From an uncultured Gammaproteobacteria bacterium (lineage in GTDB: Bacteria > Patescibacteriota > Microgenomatia > UBA8517): a stretch of 64,000 nt of DNA. The stretch covers positions 51,019 to 115,018 of the forward strand of contig CAZRGC010000001.1 in the NCBI GenBank assembly GCA_964599625.1, in the 5' to 3' direction. Below are positions 27,796-36,553 of this stretch, one piece after another. Below the pieces are notes generated by a model, which saw only the letters and a program-made list of their open reading frames with translations, ran no database searches and was not told where the DNA came from. A program made the translations under genes and the position numbers. The stretch's first letter is position 1. Each line of letters opens with the position of its first letter.

Positions 27796-27993
27796 TTACA
27801 CCTTAGGGTGTCTAGATATATATGCCTCTATGTCCGCCTTTCTATATCGACGATCTCCAACACCTCTACGTGTACCAATTCTTACCGCTTTTAGGATTCC
27901 TTGTCTATCCCAACGCCTAAGTGTTTGCGGTTTAACATTCAGGATTTTTGCTGCCTGATTTAATGTTAGTAGTTCCTCTAGTTCTGAATTCAT
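27796..27993 (-). CDS. MerR-like HTH protein heading the defence operon
   Basis: LLTLNQAAKILNVKPQTLRRWD..GDRRYRKAD; paralogue of 13285-13512. Confidence 0.75.
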   Translation of the reverse strand: MNSELEELLTLNQAAKILNVKPQTLRRWDRQGILKAVRIGTRRGVGDRRYRKADIEAYISRHPKV

Positions 27994-28354
27994 ACTAATT
28001 GTCTTTAATTGTACTAAATTGCAGGGAAAAAAGGTAGATTATCGGGTAGGGAAAATGGGAAGGGGATATATAATCCTTATCGGCGTTTTTTGGTAGTGTG
28101 CAAATGTGTAGACTCACAACTACACATTTAGCCTTAAATCGGAAGACTACATAGACTATATATAGTAGTTGGCTAGTATCCCAACATATATTTATTAGCT
28201 ATAACTAGGGATATTAATTGGTATCAGCTATACTAGTAGAAGATTCCGTCCAATTTCGATTGAGTATTTTTAAGTAAAATCGAGGGGAGGGAGTAGTAAA
28301 ATTGAAAATGTGGGGTAAGTGGATCGAAAGCTAGCATCATGCCAGATAGGCATG

Positions 28355-28413
28355 TGTGGTACCCTATATGCTAGCATTTCAAAAAGTGCCATTTTCCCAA
28401 GAAGGCCCCTTAA
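28355..28413. other. attR-type junction plus displaced original secA 3' end
   Basis: TGTGGTACCCTATATGCTAGCATTTC-AA-AAAGTGCCATTTTCCCAAGAAGGCCCCTTAA; the distal part reads KKCHFPKKAP*. Confidence 0.85.
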
Positions 28414-30102
28414 TTATTTGCGAGGAACTATCAAAGGTAATGCAACAACTTTTTGATGTGTTGCAGTCTCTTCAAACGATATTCCCCTATACGATCTATC
28501 ACTTTCTTTTCTTACAACCGAGCTTCTATTTTGCTCGCCCTCGTAAGTTGTGGATGTTCGGAAATGTAAGTTTCTTTCTGTCATAAGTGTTGACAGTGTG
28601 TTTTCCCCTGATTTATCTTCTTCTTCAAAGATGGCAATATAGTCTGCAGCTGACCCAAGCATGATTCTGAGACCTGATACGTCCAGATCGTTTGCCCATT
28701 CGTTTATAAGCTGCATCTGGTCATTTGTATTCATGTCTTTAGTATTCATTATGTTAAACGCTATTCTCTGGGGAATCGCCACATCACCCCTTATTCCTTT
28801 TTTATGCCGGGAGAAGTTTATCTCGCCAGTAATTTCAACTCCTTGGGCCTCCATCTCACTCAATGAATTCCCATCTAAGCTATATATTGTAAATCCCATT
28901 CTTTCCAACTCTTCTCTTTGTTCAGTGCTAAATCTTGGAGTTTTGTCTTTTTTTTCTCTGCTCTCGGCAAGGCCTTGCCTTTGTGAAAAGGATGGTCTTG
29001 GCGGCTTGTATACTACTTGCTCAATTGCTTCATTAAGCTTGTTGCGGTCGCTTACACTTTCGAGTTTGTTGGCATAATAATAGCGCAATGCCTGCTGCAT
29101 GGTTTCGGTTATATCGCCGTCATAAAACCTGGCTATGTAATCCCTGACTCTGGTTCTTTCCATTTGATCATCAAAGCTGAATCTCTGGGGCTGGTCAGCC
29201 CCGACTTTTCTTTTTTCTGCTTGCAATTTGGCGTTGCTATGAAACTCCTTATATAGTGCCAAGATTTCCTTTATTCCCGGTATTTCGGCAATTTCTTCTC
29301 TTGTGAGCGCTTTATCTCTTGATTCATATCTTTCAATATTCTTAGCTGCTCCCGGTTTTTCCATAGGTGCAAGGCCAAAGGCTGCATCAACAGCATATGC
29401 AAACGTATCTTTGGGAAGTCCAGCCGGGGCTTTCATGTAAACCCATCTTCTTAATTGAGCTGGGTCAAGGGGTTCCTTGCCAAAAAATCCCTGCCCAGGA
29501 GTGTTGCCAAGAGCAATCAGTTTTGTAATTCCTCTGTCTGTTCTTATTATTTCTGTACCTTCTTTTTCTTTAATCACAACTCGACCGTTGGACTGAAGGG
29601 CGTCATGGACCTCGTGAAGTCTTACAAGTATATTTGCTTGAGCGGCGTTAAACTCATCAAGAATAATAATTTTAACTTTTCCCGGCTCTGGCCTCAATCC
29701 GCTTGTTATTTTTCCATCTACAAATATATGTTCAGGGTCGTTATTTGTCTTTCTGTTTGGGTTTGGTACCCAACGGCCCATCAACTCCTCTGTGTCGGAC
29801 TGGCCGTTTAGGTTGTTGTAGTGAACTTCCCAATTAAGTTCCGCTGCCATTTTTTTAATAGTTGTAGTTTTTCCTATACTAGTGCCCCCCTCGATATACA
29901 TAGGGTCTCCTAAAAGCAAAGAGACAGCTACTTCTCTTTGAAACTGGAGAAAAAATTCATCAGCATAATATTCTTTTGGGGGATCGGGGACAAATACTTC
30001 TGATGCCACTTTTGCTCTGGGGAGTCTTACTCCCATGTAGTCCACATGATTTTCGGCGACAAATACGCCTACATCAGTCCTTCGTTCAGTGTAGCTGTCC
30101 AT
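28414..30102 (-). CDS. MoxR-family (CbbQ/NorQ-like) AAA+ ATPase with C-terminal extension
   Basis: IEGGTSIGKTT, ELMGRW, FVDG, IILDEFNAA, ALGN, LDPAQLRRW. Confidence 0.85.
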   Translation of the reverse strand: MDSYTERRTDVGVFVAENHVDYMGVRLPRAKVASEVFVPDPPKEYYADEFFLQFQREVAVSLLLGDPMYIEGGTSIGKTTTIKKMAAELNWEVHYNNLNGQSDTEELMGRWVPNPNRKTNNDPEHIFVDGKITSGLRPEPGKVKIIILDEFNAAQANILVRLHEVHDALQSNGRVVIKEKEGTEIIRTDRGITKLIALGNTPGQGFFGKEPLDPAQLRRWVYMKAPAGLPKDTFAYAVDAAFGLAPMEKPGAAKNIERYESRDKALTREEIAEIPGIKEILALYKEFHSNAKLQAEKRKVGADQPQRFSFDDQMERTRVRDYIARFYDGDITETMQQALRYYYANKLESVSDRNKLNEAIEQVVYKPPRPSFSQRQGLAESREKKDKTPRFSTEQREELERMGFTIYSLDGNSLSEMEAQGVEITGEINFSRHKKGIRGDVAIPQRIAFNIMNTKDMNTNDQMQLINEWANDLDVSGLRIMLGSAADYIAIFEEEDKSGENTLSTLMTERNLHFRTSTTYEGEQNRSSVVRKESDRSYRGISFEETATHQKVVALPLIVPRK

Positions 30103-30104
30103 GG

Positions 30105-30518
30105 TTATTTTCTAAAAGTAAGACCAACCTTGTCCATGATTAGAAATCCGTCGTTTTCTGATTGTTCTAAAGCGCTCTTTGTAAATATCAGAAGTACGCC
30201 AAATTTTCCTCGGTTAGGTTTTATTACTTCAGGGCGCATCTCGTCTTCGTTGAATGTCTCAATTTGTCCTGTGGGGAATTGAACTAAGATATCATAAACT
30301 TTCTTGGACAATTTTTCGTTTACAACGAAAAAGGTACTCTTTTCCGCTGCAATATTTTCAAAGAAACTGGTATCGGTTTGGGATTCAGCAAAACCATAAC
30401 CTGTCAGAGCACCGCCGATTTGCTCTATTTCATCGGTTCCATCTACAACTGCCAGACTCACTTCATTCTGGCCACTTGTACAGCTCAAGAATTGTTCAAA
30501 ATTTTTTATCTCTTTCAT
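30105..30518 (-). CDS. Hypothetical protein (possible degenerate P-loop fold)
   Basis: 137 aa alpha/beta ORF packed between the vWA and MoxR genes. Confidence 0.55.
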   Translation of the reverse strand: MKEIKNFEQFLSCTSGQNEVSLAVVDGTDEIEQIGGALTGYGFAESQTDTSFFENIAAEKSTFFVVNEKLSKKVYDILVQFPTGQIETFNEDEMRPEVIKPNRGKFGVLLIFTKSALEQSENDGFLIMDKVGLTFRK

Positions 30519-30531
30519 AATACTTATTACA

Positions 30532-32640
30532 TCATACGTAACTCCCGACTATTTTGCGAATTGCATTTGCCAACTCGTCTGGAATCTGTTGGACGTTTGA
30601 AGCTATAAAATAATTTTCAAAATATTCTTTCATAAATCCGGTTCCCGGACCTATGCCGCCACCTATGACTTTTTGATTCCTGCCGGCTTTGGCTTTTTCT
30701 ATTTCTGTCTTTAAATCAAAAGCACGCCTTGGACTGTCGCTTGGCAGATCTGGTCTGCCGTCGCTCAGAACTATCATTACTTTTTCTTTTTGGACTTGCC
30801 TTGCCAGCCTATCAGAACTTTGGTTAACTGCCCAGCCTGTGGCGGTGCCCCATTTCCTGTTACGTTGTGAACGGATTGGTATTTCCAGCATATCCTCCAT
30901 TTTTACACGGATATCATCTGACATCTTTTGGCCGAATTCCTGAAAAACAAACATGTCTGTATTGTATGCAACAACCTCCAAATTTATTGAAAGCCTGTTG
31001 AGAACTTCGGTCAATACAACAACCCCTTTAAATGTTTCCAGAATTTTGTCATCCTCAAGCATTGAAGTTGTTACATCTACAAGCAAAGTAAATGCGTAAT
31101 CTTTTTCCAGGGGTAGCTTTCTTCTTTGCCATGCCTTACTTTCCATAACAGAAACGCCGCGGACTTTCTCTTGGATTCTCTTGGGAATGTCTACCCGCCT
31201 TCCGGTTTTGTAGCCGGTTTGCAGATGACTTTCTCGTCTTTTGGAGAACAGTTCTCTTAGGTCGTTTTCTAATTTGTCTATTATGGGCATAAGGTCCGTA
31301 CGGATCCTTTCGTACTTTGTTTCGTCTGTGCCGAATATTTCCAGAATTTTTTGTTTGAATCTTTTGGTTTCTTTATCTATCTCTTCCTGAGATTTTTTGC
31401 CTGTATTTTCATCGTTTTGTTTTGCGTTCCCCTCGGTTCCATTGCCGCCTTTGGCTTGTGACTCCGAATCGTCTTTTGGTGCATTTCGCATCTCGTCTGG
31501 ATTTTCGTCCATCATTCCTTTGATTTCTCTGTTTATATCTGACTCCAAAATCTTCATTTTTTCTCCTGCCCTTTGCCTCAATTCTTCCTGTTTGTGTGCA
31601 GGAAGTGATTTCAGATGTTCTCTTAATTTCTGCTTCAATTCTTCGGAAAGCGATTCAAGATCTATGGGTGTTGTGGTATTTTCTTCTTCACTTGTCTCCT
31701 GTCTTTCGTTTTCAGACATTGCTTTCTCCATTGCCTCGACGAGTTGTTGAAGCTGTTCTTCTGTTAACTTTTCTGCAACATCTTGGGGAATCGGTTGCTC
31801 AGATCCTTGCTGTGACTTCGAATCTTCCATCATGTCATTTAACATTTCGGATACACCTGCATCTTCTAGATCTTTTTTGATTAGTTCTTCAAATTCCGGC
31901 CAGACCTGACTATCTATCGTCTCTCTTGCACCCCGTGCATATTTTTTAATGACATCCCCACTTTGGTCGGCTTCTTTTTTGGTGGGATATTTCCACCAGG
32001 TGTCATGTGCGCCTTTTTCAATTTTTGTCATAGCACGGGAAACATCCTCACTCAAAGTTTCGGGTGGTTGTCCAGGAGTTTCTCTTATCTCACTGTACCA
32101 CTTGCGTGTCAGCTCATTACCTGCTTGTATAAAACGAGGGATGAATCCAAGTTGTTCGTGGGCTGTTGCTGTTGTTTTTGATTCAACAATTTTTCCTGCC
32201 CTTTCTGCTTCTTCAAGATGTTCGCTGATTTTGGGATAGCCCTCTGCTACAAAATTAGTTGATCTTGCACCTTCCAAGACATTGGTAAGATACTGATAGC
32301 CTGGTTTCTCCCATTGGTCTTTTGGTATATCTCCTAGTCTGGAAATCCTAAGTCTGCCGCTTTGAGTGGCAACTTTGTAGCGTAATGAATCGAGGCTTTC
32401 GTTAACAAGGTCGTTGGGGTCTGCAATTATTTTTGTTCCTTGGACGTCACCTTCCCATCCGGATCCTGGGTCTCCGATTTCCACAGGAACACTAAAATTC
32501 TTGCCTACAAAGTGAGCCAAGGAGGAGAGCATGTGTCTTCTTTCACCAATAGTCGCACGTTCTTGCGAGGTAAAGTTTTCAAGAGGGTCTTTGCGTAAGT
32601 TTTCGGATTCTTGTTCGGGTCTTTCGGCTTTTTCAGGCAT
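30532..32640 (-). CDS. CobT/NorD-like vWA protein, partner of MoxR
   Basis: N-terminal NVLEGAR helix, acidic linker, GRRVD, LLVDVTTSM, GTAT, VLSDGRP, GIG. Confidence 0.8.
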   Translation of the reverse strand: MPEKAERPEQESENLRKDPLENFTSQERATIGERRHMLSSLAHFVGKNFSVPVEIGDPGSGWEGDVQGTKIIADPNDLVNESLDSLRYKVATQSGRLRISRLGDIPKDQWEKPGYQYLTNVLEGARSTNFVAEGYPKISEHLEEAERAGKIVESKTTATAHEQLGFIPRFIQAGNELTRKWYSEIRETPGQPPETLSEDVSRAMTKIEKGAHDTWWKYPTKKEADQSGDVIKKYARGARETIDSQVWPEFEELIKKDLEDAGVSEMLNDMMEDSKSQQGSEQPIPQDVAEKLTEEQLQQLVEAMEKAMSENERQETSEEENTTTPIDLESLSEELKQKLREHLKSLPAHKQEELRQRAGEKMKILESDINREIKGMMDENPDEMRNAPKDDSESQAKGGNGTEGNAKQNDENTGKKSQEEIDKETKRFKQKILEIFGTDETKYERIRTDLMPIIDKLENDLRELFSKRRESHLQTGYKTGRRVDIPKRIQEKVRGVSVMESKAWQRRKLPLEKDYAFTLLVDVTTSMLEDDKILETFKGVVVLTEVLNRLSINLEVVAYNTDMFVFQEFGQKMSDDIRVKMEDMLEIPIRSQRNRKWGTATGWAVNQSSDRLARQVQKEKVMIVLSDGRPDLPSDSPRRAFDLKTEIEKAKAGRNQKVIGGGIGPGTGFMKEYFENYFIASNVQQIPDELANAIRKIVGSYV

Positions 32641-32682
32641 TCACATTAGTTTACACCGTTAACCAATTAAACTGTGTGAGAA

Positions 32683-32934
32683 TTATGGTAGCTCTTTCGC
32701 ATTAAAGTAACCTGAGTTGAAGTTAAATTTAAGGTTTTGCAAAAATTTTATTCCGTCAGTTGGAAACAATTTGGTGCCACTTTTAGCGGAATAATCTAAA
32801 ATGCCGTTTTCTTTTATATATTTTACGAACTGGGCATCGCCTGCTGCGCTTACTTGTCCGTCAAGCAAAACAAAACTGGCGAATTCTGTTTGCTCGCCAT
32901 TGTTTTCAAGTTTGTAAATAATTACCTCGTTCAT
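32683..32934 (-). CDS. Small hypothetical protein
   Basis: 83 aa ORF within the operon. Confidence 0.55.
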   Translation of the reverse strand: MNEVIIYKLENNGEQTEFASFVLLDGQVSAAGDAQFVKYIKENGILDYSAKSGTKLFPTDGIKFLQNLKFNFNSGYFNAKELP

Positions 32935-32940
32935 ACTGGC

Positions 32941-33711
32941 TTAATAGGGGTGATACCTAAAACTTTCCAGGTCAGACTCTCTAATCTTACCGCTTCTTAG
33001 TTTTTGGTTAACAGTTGATACTCTGGCAAACATAGCATCAATTGCTTGCTGGGGGATGAGTGAAGACATTACATTTCTTAGTTTGTTTTGCCTTTGGGTA
33101 TTTGACATAAAACTTGCATATCGTTCTGAAACCTCGGGAGGTACAAGTTTTCCGATAACGTGTTCTTCCAAGTTGCTTGTAATGTTATATTGCCGCCAAT
33201 TATCAAAAGAAAGTCCGTTGTCTATAGCTATTATTTTCTTTTCTTTGACAAAATAGTTTGCTGTTTTCCTATCTTTGTTCCAAATTGAGTAGTCAAAAAG
33301 TGCTAACTCAAAAAGTTGCCTTCTCATCATGGGATCTGCTATGTCTGCATCCCAAATCGAAGTTTTAGGATCTTGAACGAAATCTTGAATACTGCCTTCG
33401 CGTCCGCCGACTTTTTTGATTGTAGTTATGGGCACCAAGTCTGGGTGTAATGCCTGCGAGACTTCAAAAGCAGCGACCTCGCGGAGATAAAGTTTGTATT
33501 GGCTTTCCTCTATTTCCAAAGGATCTTCGCCGTCCCCGGGTTTAAAGACTCCGTTTCCGTCACCCCTGAGATATATAAGCATTACAGTGTTGCTTCCTCC
33601 GGAAAGTCGTCTTGTTTTTTCGTGATCAACTTCTAGGTCCCTTAACTGTATATACCTTTCTGAAGTTATTTCCGGTTGGAACGGGGTGTCTCTTCCTTGT
33701 AATACATCCAT
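32941..33711 (-). CDS. PI3/PI4-kinase-like (HipA/CtkA-related) kinase
   Basis: GG.N, VFKP..GE, REVAAF, VP.T, GSIQ.FV, FDYSIWNKDRKTAN, IAIDNGLSF. Confidence 0.8.
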   Translation of the reverse strand: MDVLQGRDTPFQPEITSERYIQLRDLEVDHEKTRRLSGGSNTVMLIYLRGDGNGVFKPGDGEDPLEIEESQYKLYLREVAAFEVSQALHPDLVPITTIKKVGGREGSIQDFVQDPKTSIWDADIADPMMRRQLFELALFDYSIWNKDRKTANYFVKEKKIIAIDNGLSFDNWRQYNITSNLEEHVIGKLVPPEVSERYASFMSNTQRQNKLRNVMSSLIPQQAIDAMFARVSTVNQKLRSGKIRESDLESFRYHPY

Positions 33712-33718
33712 CTGAAGT

Positions 33719-34234
33719 TTATTGACCCTTCTTTTGAGCCTCTTCTACCAAATCTCTGATCCCTCTTTTTTGGAGGGCAAGAAGTTTGATGTTTCCCCAT
33801 TCACTTAACTCAACGTTTTCAAACTTTCTTACAAAGGTTTGATCATCTTGACAACGGATAAGATCATCAACATCATCCGGTAAATCCGAGTGGCACCATG
33901 AGTCGCGAAGTGAGTCAAACACGTTTGGTGTCATAATGCTACTACCCTTCATTGCTCTCAGAAGGACAGAGAAGACTGGGTCTAATCTGTAAAGCTCGTC
34001 ACCGTTCTGAAAAACAGACTCGGGGTCTATGATGTCAATATTTTCGCGAATTGTATCTATGTATTTATTTACTGTTTCAAGCGCTTTTCCTTCCCATTGT
34101 TTTGGTTCGGATTCCCATCCAAGTCCACGTTTAAAGTCCGTGAACTCTCTATCTATAGTAGAAAGTTTTCTTATCATTTGTTCTACAGAGCGCTCACCCT
34201 TTTCACTTTCATTTCTTCTATCGAATTGGTCCAT
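33719..34234 (-). CDS. Hypothetical protein
   Basis: ORF 7 bp upstream of the kinase; ATG 34234 is the likely start. Confidence 0.55.
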   Translation of the reverse strand: MDQFDRRNESEKGERSVEQMIRKLSTIDREFTDFKRGLGWESEPKQWEGKALETVNKYIDTIRENIDIIDPESVFQNGDELYRLDPVFSVLLRAMKGSSIMTPNVFDSLRDSWCHSDLPDDVDDLIRCQDDQTFVRKFENVELSEWGNIKLLALQKRGIRDLVEEAQKKGQ

Positions 34235-34307
34235 AAGAAAAATATATATACACGGTACAAATAAATCAAGTAGCATGAAGCTTAGTGCTATTTATTAGTG
34301 TTAATAT

Positions 34308-36512
34308 ATGAATATGGAGTTGACACATAGTACAAGCATCAAAGACTCGGTCCCTGTTAGGACTGCACAAGTACTAATGGACCCATTGAGAAGTTTGGGC
34401 TCGTACAGTCTGTACAAGCTTTCACAAGGGCGACTTAGGCCCGAACTTGGTCAGTTTTTTGGCCCCAAAGAAGAAGTCGAAGATGCAATTGACAATGTGC
34501 AAGTCACTCTTGATGGGATAGACGCGCGACTTTCGGGCGGTGAGAATTTTGTCAACAATTTATACATACATTGGAGTGTTGCACGAGATCAAATGGAGGA
34601 AGTAGTGGGAAAGAAAATTACTGAATATGTGCTTTTCGACAAAAAAAGCGGCAGGCATATGTTGTTTGCAGAAGATGGTGATCAGATGTTTCCCATACTG
34701 CTTCCGGGTAAAAACGATGTTGGGGCAGTGGAAAAAGGCCTTTTTGGACTGGGGGAACCGATTACAAAAAAGGACTTTCAGTCTGAATCTGTTTCCAGAG
34801 AAGTGGCAATAATGGAACTTGCCTCGCAGGAATATTTTGAAGGGGAAGAAGTTAGCCTTAGGAGAATAAATTCGGTTTGTAACGAATTTGAACTCAGACG
34901 CCACGCGGTTTTTGAAAGGGATGGTGAGATGTTTGAAAATCTGAGATCGATGGGTGCTATGAGTATAGGTGAACTGCAAACTGTTACCAGATATATGATC
35001 TCTTCAGGTTTGAGTTTTGAAGATGGAGCGGTAAGAGTCGACCCTTCATACGAGGCTCTTTGGATAAGTGCGCGGGTGATATCTTTGGGAGAGGGTGACG
35101 CGGCTGCCTACGAAGCCCAGGCCGAAAGAGAACTTAACGAATTTGTACAGCAGGTAGTTTATTTTAGAGCGGTTGATGCATATCTTTCTGAAAACCCCGG
35201 GATTGTCAGAGATTTTTACAAGTCAGATGTCTATCTTAAGCACAGGAAGGATTTTATAAATTCACATCTGAGTGCAAAAGGGAGAACCGAAGAAGACACA
35301 GCGAGAGCAATGCTTGCTAATTACTGTCTAAATAAGTTTGAAGGCAAAAGTACTACGGATTCACCATCGCTCAAATATATGAAACAGGGTGGCGAATTTG
35401 TCTCCGATATTGAACATTTTTTGGCTGGCTCAAATCTCAAAATTCCATCTGACCTGGCGGACTTGATGGCGTCGCTTCAGGTAAATCTGTTTGACAAAAA
35501 AGTAAGCAGTTCCGAAAAAGCAAGAGTACTGAAAGAGGGTGGCGAATCTTTGAGTAAGATACTTACAGAAATGTGGAGACACAAAGAAACCAGAAAGATA
35601 TATGAATCTTTGGCCAAACTGTCTCCTTTTGATTTGATAGACGACGATCAAAAATCATCCAAAGTTTTCAGAGTTATTATTGGAAATTTGGGTTTGTCGA
35701 GAGTTCCGGGTGAGGGTAGGTTTACAATGGCCAGTTATTTGAACAAGGCACCATATTACCCGGAAGGTTCCGAGGTTTTACCGTTCGACGAAGGGGACGC
35801 TTTATACGATGATGTTAAAGACTCTATTAAACATATATTTAACGGCAATGTTTTCCAGGGAGATCCCGGTGTAGAAAGTGCCTATGAATCTCAGGTTGCA
35901 AGAATTTTTACTGAAGGTTCCACAATTCTTAAATATTTATCCGAAGATCCGAGAGTGCCCCAGAAAGTTAGAAATTTTATCAGAACAATCCAAAACGGCG
36001 ACGAGCTTTCGTCCAGAATCATGGAGAGATATGGTTCTATTTCCGACCAAGACCCGCAGATAATAAACAGATTTTTTTCTGACGGATTTGAAAGGTTTCA
36101 GGTCATGACTGTTCATCGTTATGTCACAGACTTTGTCAGGGGTGTGGAGACAAATTTGATTATGGCAACAAACAAGAGTTGGCTTGAAAGAACAAAAAGA
36201 AAGACGGTAGGGAACTGGAAAAACTACGATTTCTCCCAGCTACCCGATGAAGTTATAAACGAAGCTATCGATAAAACACTGGCTGACGCCGAACATAGAC
36301 TTGATGTTTTGAATCACCAAACAACCCAAAGAACAACCCTGAAGGATAAACAGGAAATGTTGGAAAAAGTGTTTGGGTGGAACACTTATGATATGTGGTT
36401 TCTTAGGTGGGAAAAATTTTGGAATGTCTGGAACACTTTGGGTGGGGCTTGGGACTGTGCATGTTTTATGAGAAAGCCAATATTTAACCCGGGCACCTTC
36501 AAGCAGTATTAA
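34308..36512 (+). CDS. Large hypothetical protein
   Basis: 734 aa ORF with no recognised motif; aromatic C-terminus GGAWDCACF. Confidence 0.65.
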   Translation: MNMELTHSTSIKDSVPVRTAQVLMDPLRSLGSYSLYKLSQGRLRPELGQFFGPKEEVEDAIDNVQVTLDGIDARLSGGENFVNNLYIHWSVARDQMEEVVGKKITEYVLFDKKSGRHMLFAEDGDQMFPILLPGKNDVGAVEKGLFGLGEPITKKDFQSESVSREVAIMELASQEYFEGEEVSLRRINSVCNEFELRRHAVFERDGEMFENLRSMGAMSIGELQTVTRYMISSGLSFEDGAVRVDPSYEALWISARVISLGEGDAAAYEAQAERELNEFVQQVVYFRAVDAYLSENPGIVRDFYKSDVYLKHRKDFINSHLSAKGRTEEDTARAMLANYCLNKFEGKSTTDSPSLKYMKQGGEFVSDIEHFLAGSNLKIPSDLADLMASLQVNLFDKKVSSSEKARVLKEGGESLSKILTEMWRHKETRKIYESLAKLSPFDLIDDDQKSSKVFRVIIGNLGLSRVPGEGRFTMASYLNKAPYYPEGSEVLPFDEGDALYDDVKDSIKHIFNGNVFQGDPGVESAYESQVARIFTEGSTILKYLSEDPRVPQKVRNFIRTIQNGDELSSRIMERYGSISDQDPQIINRFFSDGFERFQVMTVHRYVTDFVRGVETNLIMATNKSWLERTKRKTVGNWKNYDFSQLPDEVINEAIDKTLADAEHRLDVLNHQTTQRTTLKDKQEMLEKVFGWNTYDMWFLRWEKFWNVWNTLGGAWDCACFMRKPIFNPGTFKQY

Positions 36513-36553
36513 CATAAAACTCAACCAGCGGGTAAATTTGATAAAATTACCGA

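Larger units (their letters stand above)
11598..28382. mobile_element. Integrative element / defence island inserted in secA by a large serine recombinase
   Basis: Recombinase at the left end. Joining 11597 to 28381 restores secA ...GKKWKKCHFPKKAP*. Joining the element ends gives attP GCATTTC-AA-GAAATGC with longer imperfect inverted arms. Confidence 0.9.

Noticed and set aside
11598-28382. Prophage or ICE
   Set aside because: No terminase, capsid, relaxase or type IV secretion genes between the att sites.
30532-32640. Cobaltochelatase CobST
   Set aside because: Only family-level similarity; no cobalamin genes nearby.
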